A stretch of DNA of 64,000 bases from Selaginella moellendorffii (lineage: Eukaryota > Plantae > Lycopodiophyta): NCBI RefSeq assembly GCF_000143415.4, contig NW_003314285.1, forward strand, positions 66,311 through 130,310, read 5' to 3'. Both the position numbers and the translations under genes were made by a program. The stretch's first letter is position 1. Each line of letters opens with the position of its first letter. A model generated the notes under the pieces. That model was not told the DNA's origin. It saw only the letters and a list, made by a program, of their open reading frames with translations, and made no database searches. Shown here one piece after another: positions 1 through 11,096 of the stretch.

Positions 1-609
1 GGGGGGCGGTATGGGTTATGCACTGTGAGAAGAGGTTGAAAGCTTTATGATTGCTACAGATACCACTCTCAGTCATTTGTTGGAGGTAATTGGAGTTGGC
101 TGCTCGCCTAGAAGAGAGTAGTTGAATAAGAGTTCCTTTGTCCCAGTAGCCATGAACTCATCATCTTCACCCCTTAGGAACTACCTCATAGTCCTCCACA
201 CCAACAAGTGTGTCACAAAGTCTTGTCTCATGATTATACATGTCCAAGCTCACATGAAATACCACCACTTGGATAGATTCCTTGCTATATAGTACAAAGG
301 GATTAATGTGAAATCCCTAGATTTGTTGAAGCTAAGGGACATTTGGACTTGTATAGTGATGGCAGAGAAGTCAAGTGTGGATGTTTTTTAATCTGTGTTG
401 AAGAAGTCAATCATATTGCATTGAACAACTTGGATTTCTAGTAGCATGTCATCCTTAATGAGTTCTGAGAAAAGAACCTTGAAAGCTTGGTCAACTTTAA
501 TGATGGATGAAGCATCAATTAGGATCTGGAATCTTGAAGGACTTTGTCTTTCTAGGATGGCTGCGGCACCTTGTAGCCACTTGCATGACAACATGTTCCA
601 AATGCAAGT

Positions 610-860
610 TTGACAATCACTAATGGCATCCATATAACAACTCTTCTCAATATCTATGGCTGTTCTCTACTTCCATCCAACTTATCTCAAGTGCACTACA
701 AGAAAATCCAACATGGAAACCACACCATGCACCAAGATCTTGATATTATGTTAGATGTCTATGGGAATCATTATGTGATTGGCAAACATTTTGAGGATGA
801 TGTCTGTGTTGCCAACCACTTCCAAACCACTGGAGTGTGCCAAGTTGAGAGATGATGCTG
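610..860 (+). pseudogene. Possible degraded PPR fragment
   Basis: The ORF contains ITTLLNIYG and FEDDVCVAN, weakly resembling PLS-PPR motifs (TALLNMYGK, DVxVGN). The rest is not interpretable. Confidence 0.25.
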
Positions 861-2653
861 CTCTGGGAGCCTGAATTAAATAATGCTTATGCCCTTGAGG
901 AAGAGTTTTTGATCTGGACCTCCAAAAAGAATGCTCTGGGATGATGAATGGTTTGGGTGTTGATGATATGCACATCATGCTAAGGTGCCACAGGTAGGCC
1001 TATGGACTTGGCAAAAACCTCCAATTGAGAAGTGAAACCTAGTATACATTATAAAAGCTTATCAAAAGGGATTGGGATTGGAGTGCCAGCAATCTTTGTA
1101 AGAACCTCTTGTGGGACTTAAAAGAGTGTAGAAGGTAGTTGGAAAATCCCACTCTAAAATTTTGGTGAACATTTGGTTGTTGGATCCAAGGTTATGGCCA
1201 AGGCCATTGCAAATACCTTACATGCTTGATGAGGTTCTAGACACTGGTGTTGGATTTTGCTCACCATCAATATTTGGGGCTAATGGAGAAGCTTTCTAGC
1301 ACCCTCTAATCACAATAGCCACTTGATAGCCATCCTCTGCAACATAAACCGTGCTGACATGCATGGGTGTCTTCTTGTCTCGATGAAGGGGTCTTCAATC
1401 ACTTTTGCTCTAATAGGTTTTGGTATTTGTCTGCTTGTGGTGGAAGAGGCTTCTATTGGACATGCTGGATAGAAGGTGAAGCTTTGGGTGAAGCTTCCAA
1501 CATCTCCCTGTGTTATGCATCGTAACATTACAATGCAAGCATTACCAGGAATGAGGAGGGCATCTCAGTCTCTTGACCTGCTATAAGCAGCATGCTCTAA
1601 GCTCTTCAAGAAGCTTATTTTGCATTTGTTGCTATTGCTAGATGATCTCCTTATATCCTATGAGCTCCAACAACACCTTCTCAATCGCTGAGGGAACTTT
1701 GTCATTGCTGGACTGGACTAAAGCGGAACAGCGCATAACAATGCATGAGCTCTCTTTGAAGGGTGGGAGGAAAGCCTCTTCTACCTTGGAAATCCCAAGT
1801 TCTTAGAGAAGATCACACTCCAAAGTCTTAGTTGTAGTGAATGCCTCACAACACATCCAAAACTTTCATTTAAACATTTTCTATTGAAGATTTCCTTTGA
1901 GGCTAGAGATGAATATAGTGATGCCATGAGATTCATTGACAATGACTTTGTGCTAGACACACTCCTTCTAATAAGACCTGAACTACATTACATACTTTGA
2001 CATAGATTCACATGCTTTTTTCTAAGTCCATGAGTAAACAATTTGTTAGTCACTCCTAATTGAAGTGACTCTAGAAAAATGCCTTGAACATGGAGTAATT
2101 AACTCTGTCTACCTTTAAGAAAGTCTTTGCCCATGTTGTTACTCAGCCAATGAGCGATTATGAAAAGTTATAGAGTTTGTGATCATCCTCGACAATGCTA
2201 TTTGATATACAATATTGCTCAAAGTGAGTGACATATGTTTTAGCAGAGATGTTGCTATTGCTAAAGAAGTATAGTATGTCAATGCCTCACTGTAGAATGT
2301 GGATTTGCCTATGGGTGGCAAACTCCCTGACTCAGTATATATGGTGAATGATAAATCCTCTTGCTAGAAAGAGCAGTTTGATAATCTAGCTTGCGTACAA
2401 GTGTAGAAAATGTCCTCATATCCTAGGCATTGTAATCTCAAGCTGGAACAAATGTGAACCAGTATAAAGTGTCCAATGTACAGTAGATGTTGAGTTTTGG
2501 AAAATGCAATTCACTAAAAAACTCCAATTTGTATGAGAAGAGAGTATCCAAATGGGATAGTTCTAAATAAAGGAGTATCCTAACGTAGATTTCCCTAACT
2601 AAAATAAGTGTCACTCCTACAAATGCTAATTCCTCATAAAGAAAAAAGATATT

Positions 2654-3361
2654 TATAACACATTTTACTTGTAGCCAACTGGAAAAGGGGCAATTGTTTG
2701 ATGAGAAAGCCTTTAGTAATTATTTTATTCCCAAAAATTATAAGGATCCACAGTGATAATATATCTAAATTTCATCTTATGATTACATGCATTACATTCA
2801 CCCTCTTTTAGAGATGTCAATGTTTTTATTGATTATTGACTAACAACCCCTACTAAGTCAAGGGCAACTAGCACCGCTATTTTCACACTGAATTTACTAA
2901 TCCTTCCATTTGAACCCTTATTAAGCCAAGGGTAACTAAAACATCTATTTTTGCATTAAATTTACCAATATTTTCATTATGTAAACTAGTTATTTTATGT
3001 GAGGCAATTAGTCATCCACCCGTACTATAGTCCCATGGTGGATACCTTTGTCTATAAATACTCCACAAGAGGAAGGATATATGCATGAATGCAATATATA
3101 TAATTTCAAATTTAAGAGTAAGAATATATATATTTTGAAGGGTATATTATATTTTAAGTAGCCATTAATTAATAAAAATCAAACCCTTGTCATTTTCTCT
3201 GATACCACATGTAATGCACCTTATCTCTCTCCCTTTAAGATAACTGGGAAAAGGGCAATTACTTGATAAGAGAGACACTAGTGACTATTTTATCCCCCAA
3301 GGTTCTAAGGATCCATAGTGATAGTCATCCAAATTTCATCCCATAATCACCATATATTACA
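2654..3361 (-). mobile_element. TRIM-like non-autonomous LTR element
   Basis: Two similar ~140-150 bp terminal repeats (2654-2796 and 3210-3361), both ending ATTACA. PBS for tRNA-iMet (ctctgatacca, 3197-3207). PPT at 2797-2810 on the minus strand. Near-TSD atatt/atatc. ~410 bp non-coding interior. Confidence 0.75.
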
Positions 3362-5302
3362 ATATCTAGCTAAGAAAATGGGAACACTATCTTCCGGATG
3401 TCATGGCAATCACTAAGTAGGATATNNNNNNNNNNNNNNNNNNNNNNNNNNNNNNNNNNNNNNNNNNNNNNNNNNNNNNNNNNNNNNNNNNNNNNNNNNN
3501 NNNNNNNNNNNNNNNNNNNNNNNNNATATAAAAACAAAATATCACTCAAAAGGAATGAAAAAAGAAAATAAACTCCAAACCTCGAAATATCTTAAGATGA
3601 ATATGTTTTGATAACAATCTCTCAACTTTGGCCACAAAATTGAATGTAGACAGATTTGTTGGAAAGCCTAAACTCAAACAAAGAGAATGAGATAAAAATC
3701 ACGGACTGAGATGTCAAAATGCTCAAGAAAAACCAACTCAAACATCAAATTCTAGGCAAAGAGAAGGAGAACAAAGAAATGCACTCTTTAATATAAAAAA
3801 ACACTCATTTCTGGCATTAATGAAAGGCAAAAGCATGGCCGTGATAATCTCTATATGAATGGCACCTCCATTTTTCCCATAATCAAGCTAGAAAGTTGTA
3901 AACTTGAGCCATGAAGTGCTGTAAAATAAACATTGCTGCATATTGTGGCCTAGAGCAAATTGGCTGCCAAGAAAGGACTCATCAGAAAGCTTATCTTTAG
4001 ATCTACATGCCTAAAAAAGGATATTCCTAAATTAGTCCTAGAATCACAAGCTTGGAGTGCTAGAAATTTGGTGTGAAAATAGAGGAGCATGATGGCTAAA
4101 ATTTCTTCCATACAACTGAATTCTCCACAAAACAAAACATTCTTTAGCTTGTCAAAAAGAGGCCACCAAGTGCATTAACCCAAATAAAGAATAGCTAAAA
4201 TCAATGCTCTAATTGTAATAAATCTCCAGAAAATCGAGCAAAAAGAGGGTAATATGGAAAACTTATGCAAGATATGAAAATCTTTTAGTTTGCACTTTGG
4301 ATTCTTGAAAGTAAAGACCTTTATCCATCCTAAAGTCTCTAAAAACATGAATATAGCCACTAGAACTTGAGATCCCACTTAATCTTTCATGAAAACTCTT
4401 CATTCTCTCAAGAAAGTTAAACTAACTAGTTCATGCTAGAGTCAGTAATAGTTAGGGCATCTCTCAACCCTAACCACAGCTCCATGCCCTGCACACACAC
4501 TCATAGTTCCAAGTTCAAGTGCAAGAGAAAATAGGGTGAAACCCTAAACTCAAGCATATTCTAGAGACTTAAAAATATTTGCTATGAGCTGGAATTTAAG
4601 CTGTGAACACCAAATTGAGGTGGCAATGAGCTAGCACTGTAACAGCCTCAGATCCACACCTTCCTGGTAGCAAATAACAAATAAAGCTCAGAAAGAGCAA
4701 ACCTCAAATCCTATTAGTTTAAGGTTGAAATCCCATTATGTATAATAATGGGAATATACATTCCAACAAATACAAAGAAATGGCATATTTATATGTCTTT
4801 TTAATGTATTGGAAATGGTTCTTGCCTTGCAAGCTTTCCCATTCAAGCATGGAAGTTGAAGATTGTAGGTCTAACTACAACACCAAAATTAGATTAATGA
4901 GTAGATGATTTTCCTTCAATAGTGTAGCCACACTCAAGGCACCAATAGGAAATTCTGATCAAGGTCATTTTGACCCTTAGAACTCTATCCAAGTCCATCA
5001 ATCCAAAAAGTTCAAAAGCCTATCTTAAACTTTTCCATATTGGATATGCAAAGTGATGATTGCTATCCAAGATTCCATATCTATTACGTATATGGTTTAT
5101 AAGATTCCATCAAGACACCACCTGGAGAGCCATATAGAATTCTATCAAAGAATCTGGTGTCATATGTGATGATTGTTTTGCCATGCCATTTTGGAGTGAA
5201 TGCCTAAATAGATGACTCTTTACTTCAATTATTTAAAAATTATTGTTTAAATGGTTTTATTTTCTTAAACTATAGAACTTCATTCATAGAATATTATAAT
5301 TC

Positions 5303-5746
5303 TTAAAAACAAGTATCAAATAAAATTGGGGACAAGTTTATATGTGAGTTATTTTCTGAAAGCTCATCCCTTCTACTATGTTCTACTCGCAAACTCATTG
5401 ACCAATTATCTAATGTAACTATACCTCCTGGGTAGTAATTTTCAAGGCAACTAAACCATATATCATACACAGCCTCCTTGAAGTCATTATATGAAATGTA
5501 GTGACATTGCCCAATATTAAAGAAACAACCTAAAGTTCCAATTCGGGCATTATATAAACCTGGTACAAAATTATTATATGCATACTTATTCCACACTGTG
5601 GCTGCACATTTGCAATAGTTATTAGAGTTTGTTCCTATTCGTAATGTTCCAATACAATTTAAATAATATCCAGTAGAATAGGAACGAGCCTCTTTATAAT
5701 AAGCAGAAAAGCTCACTATGATAAAAGTGGACAGCCAAAATTTCAT
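5303..5746 (-). CDS. Small secreted cysteine-rich protein (147 aa)
   Basis: Intact intronless ORF in AT-rich DNA, with an N-terminal hydrophobic signal-like peptide (MKFWLSTFIIVSFSAY), 7 Cys and a TATA-like sequence upstream. Confidence 0.6.
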   Translation of the reverse strand: MKFWLSTFIIVSFSAYYKEARSYSTGYYLNCIGTLRIGTNSNNYCKCAATVWNKYAYNNFVPGLYNARIGTLGCFFNIGQCHYISYNDFKEAVYDIWFSCLENYYPGGIVTLDNWSMSLRVEHSRRDELSENNSHINLSPILFDTCF

Positions 5747-6574
5747 AGCTGATATAAATTAATAATTTTAATTAGAGAATGTTTTAGAGGGTTTATAAAG
5801 GCATATGTTTGTTGAAAAAATTTACCAAACGACAGTGGAAGGGTTTTTAGTCAAGGAAAGAGTTGTGAATAACGAAAGAAAACTTAATGAATAAAGACAA
5901 AAGTTTTTAAAATTAAAGGATTAATTTTTTTTTCTAGTAATAGCATCCATTTTTTCATCCATAATATCGTGAACTAAAAGGAATAATCTCCTATGAATTA
6001 GGGTTTATAGGCAAGGATAAGACTGTTTTTGAGGCACCTCCACCAATGATGACTTCACCTCCAATGAGTAATTTTCCTTTGAGAAACTTTCCCTGAATTT
6101 TCAAGATCATCTTGGCAAATGTAATTCCCTTTTCTTAAACTCATGCCTAGCTTGAAAGATGTGGCAGGAGCTCCTTTGAGTGATCAAACTCTGACTAATG
6201 CAAGCAAGTCTAGATCCAAGAAGGCCTTGGACAAGTTTGGCAAGAAGCTGAAAGTTGAGAACACTGGAGGCAAGAGGTGAGAGTGATGGTAGAAGTAAGA
6301 TGAAGAGCTTCCAAATCCAACAATGCTTACTTAGCTACTACTGTGGCACAGATTTTTCAAGGAGAAGATAGACAAAATTAGGCAAAAGCAGCTGGATGCC
6401 ATAGACCACTCCAGCAATTCAATTGTCTCCAGCAATTGTACAAGCACGACCAACTCATGTTTGGAAAGGTTGCTCAAGCTCCCACCCCTTGCAGAAGGTA
6501 TGTGTTCTAGAAACCGTGCAAACCATTTTTGGTTGTATCCAGGATGATGATGCTGCTGGGCCATCACTGGTTTT

Positions 6575-6995
6575 GCAGGAGCTCCAAGTGGACAAGGCAT
6601 GATTGTCAATCAAGGCCTGGTGTTTTGCTTGTTGACAAGACTATCACTATGATAGTTAGATTGGAAGTTGTTGAAGGTATAGGAATGAACATCATTCAGG
6701 CAGATATGAGCCATCAGTGTGGAGCTTGTTAGCTTTGACAAGGTGCTGACTTTATCTTGCTTTATATGCCACTCACCTCAGCCACCAAAGTGAACTTCAA
6801 CAATGAGATATTTGCAAAAGTGAAGAAAGGTGTTCATATTGTCAAAGTAATTAGAGATGGTGTGTCATTGATGAGAATTTACTAGTCCGAGTGACATTGT
6901 AGCTTAAGTATTTGGAGTTTGATTTTCTTGATTTTCTTCCTTATATGCAGGTATTTCCTGCTTTTCAGGCTGATCTTGATATGTTAACATCCTGA
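6575..6995 (+). pseudogene. D-3-phosphoglycerate dehydrogenase fragment (degraded)
   Basis: Fragments translate to GVLLVDKT, ADFILLYMPLTSATKVNFNNEIFAKVKKGVHIV and ADLDM, matching plant PGDH (ADFISLHMPLT...FAKMKKGVRIVNVARGG...AALDVF). Stops and frameshifts are present. Confidence 0.7.
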
Positions 6996-7914
6996 AAAAG
7001 GCATAAGCTAGTTTAGTACGGGTATATGATTGTAATGCTGCATCTAACATAAGTAAAGCATTCGTATTAAAATTAGGTTTTGAATTTAGTTTTCAAAGAC
7101 CCTATAAAAGTAGAGTTTCTATGACTTTGTATTCGAAGTGTTTAGTATAAATCTATCCTCTTATTCTTCTTTTTTTAGTATTTTAATAGTAATTTCATCA
7201 TCTTCCCTTCTCTCAACAACAAACACTAACAATTTAAACATTTATTATTGATGACTTCCCTAGATCCTCTTTTTCAGCTCTAGTCAAATCTTGAAAGTCA
7301 TGTCAAGTGTGAAGAAAAATCCAACACAACTCTTCACTCATGGCTTCAATATATACTTCAGCACTAAAATAACTTCTTAGTTTTAAACTGAAGAATGATA
7401 TGCTAGCAAAGTTTGATGGGTTCAAGTTCTATAACTTCCTTAACTAAGGTAGATTTTGGATTACTATGTAACTTAATTGATATTTCATTCTAATTTCTTG
7501 TGTGGGATTGATCAAATCTCTTTTACTTGGACTTCTCTTTCTTGGTTCTCTACCCTTTTGAGAATAATAATCATGTTCAATAGGATTTCAATCTTTATGT
7601 TCAACACTTCACTAGTATATTCAATGATAATGACTAGGAGTGCACTGCTATAAACAAATTGTAATAATCAGGATTCAAGTCTATATCCACCTACGCATTT
7701 GAGTTTTAGATGGTTGCCATTGATATTTTGTAAGACGATATAGCTTTTAAGGAATATTTTCATCCTGGCCTTTGTTAAATATTAAATATCTCATTCTTTC
7801 TTATCCAGATCTAACATTTCTCATAACATGGTGTTGACTATAATAATTAGTTGTAAAAACATCAATTGAAACACCATCATCAAACCTTTGTTCCTCATTT
7901 AACATTTTTGAGTT

Positions 7915-8170
7915 AATGAGCTGAAGAGTTGAGTTTGTGAATTGCACTCAATTTTCAATAAATAAAATGTTCTAGATGACACTTCTTATCCAAGAATTTA
8001 AATACTTTATGCCATAATAAGGATGTTTATCAAAATATAAAATAAGATAAGATTTATTTGCAAATAAAGTATCTTGTCACTTAAATCTGTACTATGTACT
8101 TTCTGGCTTTTAAATGTTAGATTTGTCAGAATTTAAAATTATTAAAGTTGAAATAAGACTCTTTTGCAAA
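7915..8170 (-). mobile_element. Fragment of the right subterminal region of the MULE family seen at 44080-44405 and 46470-46812
   Basis: Reverse-complement similarity, e.g. ttgtcagaatttaaaattattaaa and tatcttgtcactt. Confidence 0.6.
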
Positions 8171-8805
8171 ACCATATAACCATTTCAAAGGGAGAAAACA
8201 ACTATTGATATAAATTTATTACATATAAAAGAGAAATTTGCTTCTTCTTTAGAATACATTTTTGAGAGGTTTGTTGTAATATAGTGTTTAGAATTTATAG
8301 ATTTTCACTTGCACTTACATTCAAAGAACACACAAATGTCTATTGTAATTTTTCTTCCTGAGGTAGTAATTCAAAGGTTAAAAGCTGCAACAGTTGTCTA
8401 ATTACACAACACAACAAACCCACATAAAAAATAAAAATAGAGGATAATGAGGATAGTGATAATAAGTTGGAGATAAAATGATAGAGGGTGTAACAAATTG
8501 GGTGTAAAAAAATGACTTCCTACTTATTTTAGAAAATTGCAATTTCATAACTTTCAAGAAATGCTCTATACATTTTTTGGTTTTTGGTAGAAACAATAGT
8601 GATGATCAATATGATGGCATATATACTCTTACGACATATGATAACATCATACCTCTAAAAGATAGTCATGAAATATTTTTTAAGATGGTAAAGACAAAAA
8701 TGGAGATATACAAATATTATAGATAGTATTGTAAAAAAGCACTCTCAAGTATATAAAATAAAAAGTATGTCTTTTAATTAATTATATAAAGTAAGTTTAT
8801 ATTAA

Positions 8806-9121
8806 TGTAGCACATATGAATTTGGAGCTGAACTCCAAACCCATTACACTATGAAATGAGGGTCTGGTACATTCTCAATCTTACAAGCACTAACTCCCCA
8901 TATCTAGCACATGCATGCAAAACGATGTCAGATGGTGTCTAGTATAATCTTGGCATATCGATGGCCTAACATGAAGAGGAGGTTACCCCATTGACTAAAG
9001 TAGTATGAAACTTGGGCTTAAACCCAAGTTGGACACAGAATAAAAAGTGACATAACTTAGCAAGAAGCAAACTAATGTCTCAAGTGGTTGGCCATGCATT
9101 TCAACCACTATCCTTACTACA
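8806..9121. mobile_element. LTR (TGTAG...CTACA), paralogous to the LTR interrupted at 19057-19103/31374-31635
   Basis: TG...CA ends. It aligns continuously across the Sola-like insertion point and so serves as an empty site. A related sequence lies at ~60480-60675. Confidence 0.75.
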
Positions 9122-9199
9122 CATTTGGAGCCCCCTATAGCCCCTACCAGATAATAACAAACTTCACTCTTTTTCAACTAATTTATAGGATAGAAGTTA

Positions 9200-9595
9200 T
9201 ACTTCTAATTGAGTTGGAAATCCCAACTTTACGATTAACACTAAAGCATGAACTAAGTGACAATGAGGACTTGCAATTAATGCTCATTCAACTTGAGGGG
9301 ATGAATGAGAATCAATGTCAAACTCTTTAATATATAGAAACAATTCAATAGTAAAAAAAGCATAGATTTGATAAGAAATCTATAAAGGATTTCCAGGTTG
9401 CCGATTTGGTTATGAAATATGATAGTAAGATTGACAAAACATTCACAAAAAAGTTTCTTCGACAATAGGATGGCCCATATAAAATTCTTGAGGTCAAGAA
9501 TAATGGATCATACTTATTAGCAAATCTTGATGGAAAACAACAAAACATTTAAGTAAATGGATATAGGTTGAAAATGTTCTATGTTCAACTATAAT
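9200..9595 (+). pseudogene. Ty3/gypsy integrase C-terminal (GPY/F) remnant
   Basis: Translates to DLVMKYD...DGPYKILEVKNNGSYLLANLDG...VNGYRLKMFY with stops. Confidence 0.7.
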
Positions 9596-9711
9596 ACAAC
9601 ACTACTATTGGGTTGCAAACAACTTGCATAGGTTACAGCCATGTGGCTTGTTTGGGTGGGATTATGTAACAAGAAAAATTTCAGCCAAAAATGGCATACT
9701 CAAAGTCAAGG

Positions 9712-9730
9712 TGTATATATATAAAATGTG

Positions 9731-9770
<40 letters not shown>
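9712..9770. repeat. (TA)n microsatellite abutting the gypsy 5' LTR
   Basis: Seen directly. Confidence 0.95.
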
Positions 9771-10163
9771 TGTGAGGGCCAAGTGTACGGCTACGATGCC
9801 GTATACTAATATTAGCGTAGTGGATTTTGGTAGCCGTCGGATTGGTTTCAATCCGGACCACTCGCTCCTGTATATAAGCTAGGGTTTTTGGGCTAATTGA
9901 TATGCACATTTCTGTATTCCCTTTCCATATTCCAGGCACTCACATTGGTGGAGGAAAGGGGCACCTTTGATTGTCCCTGAGGAGTGCTTGGATTTGGGAT
10001 TTTGGTTTAGATCTAGCTTTTGCATCGTCTAGATCTAGCTTTTTCCATTTCCTTTCTTTTTTCTTTTGGTTTAGATCTAGCTTTTTGCGTTGTCTAGATC
10101 TACCATTTCCTTCTAGCTTTTTGTCATCTCTCTTCTTTTGCTCTTTCTTTTTCGCTCATCTTC

Positions 10164-11096
10164 ATGGCAGATCTGCAATCTCCTCCTTTGACTCTGGAGC
10201 AGCAGTTGGTACAATTGCTTGATGCTATGCGCTTGCAATTGAACAACCAAACTCAGTCGATGGCGGCGTTCACGGCACGTGGTACAACTCCTCCTGCTTT
10301 TGGTGCTAATCCTCGCGTTCAGCCGGAGTTCTTTCGCGGGAATCCTAGGGATGATGTGTACCATTGGTTCGATCACTTCACGGTGATTGCCACATATCAT
10401 TCTTGGGATGATGCTCGACGTTTGCGTGAGTTTCCCACGTGTCTCCAAGGGACGGTGTTGCAGTGGTACAATGGTTTGAGCGCAGCCACTCGTGGGGATT
10501 GGGGTGTTCTCCTGGACGTCTTCAAACGCGCCTTCAGCCATGCCGATGATTGTGATGATGCTTTCCAACAATTGCATCGTCTTCGCCAAGGGCCATCTGA
10601 GTCGGTGATGCAATTTGGCGTTCGTTTCCGAAGTCTTTTGCTTCGTGCGGAGCCAAATATGTCGGAGCGGATCAAGCTAGGAATGTTGTGGCCAGCACTT
10701 CGTCAAGATCTTGTCGGACTTGTGCATGCACTTGCTCCTGCCACCCTTGACGATGCTCTTCGCTTGGCACAATGTTATGAGACGTCGCCTCTTCCACTTC
10801 TCGCTGCACGTCCTTCTGCTCCCCTTCCTATGGGTGATGGTCCTATTCCAATGGAGGTTGATGTTGCTGCTGCTCGAGTCCAAGGACAAGCGCGAGGACG
10901 TGGTTGTGGCCGTGATGTTCGCTGCTGGGCGTGTGATGAAGTTGGTCATACTTATCGGCGTTGCCATTGTTTTCCGGATTGGCGACCTCCATTTTCTGGG
11001 TGGAGACCTTGGCGTCAGCAACGTCCCGTGGGTGCTGCTGTAGTGGAAGGTCTGGACACCGAGATGCATCCGGGAAACGAGGAGTCGCGCGAGTAA
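10164..11096 (+). CDS. gag: Gag (retrotransposon capsid, PMEVD motif, CCHC knuckle)
   Basis: 310-aa ORF with LRQGPSESVMQF, PIPMEVD and CWACDEVGHTYRRC. Confidence 0.93.
   Translation: MADLQSPPLTLEQQLVQLLDAMRLQLNNQTQSMAAFTARGTTPPAFGANPRVQPEFFRGNPRDDVYHWFDHFTVIATYHSWDDARRLREFPTCLQGTVLQWYNGLSAATRGDWGVLLDVFKRAFSHADDCDDAFQQLHRLRQGPSESVMQFGVRFRSLLLRAEPNMSERIKLGMLWPALRQDLVGLVHALAPATLDDALRLAQCYETSPLPLLAARPSAPLPMGDGPIPMEVDVAAARVQGQARGRGCGRDVRCWACDEVGHTYRRCHCFPDWRPPFSGWRPWRQQRPVGAAVVEGLDTEMHPGNEESRE

Noticed and set aside
900-2640. Coding-like decayed sequence
   Set aside because: No family could be assigned by eye.
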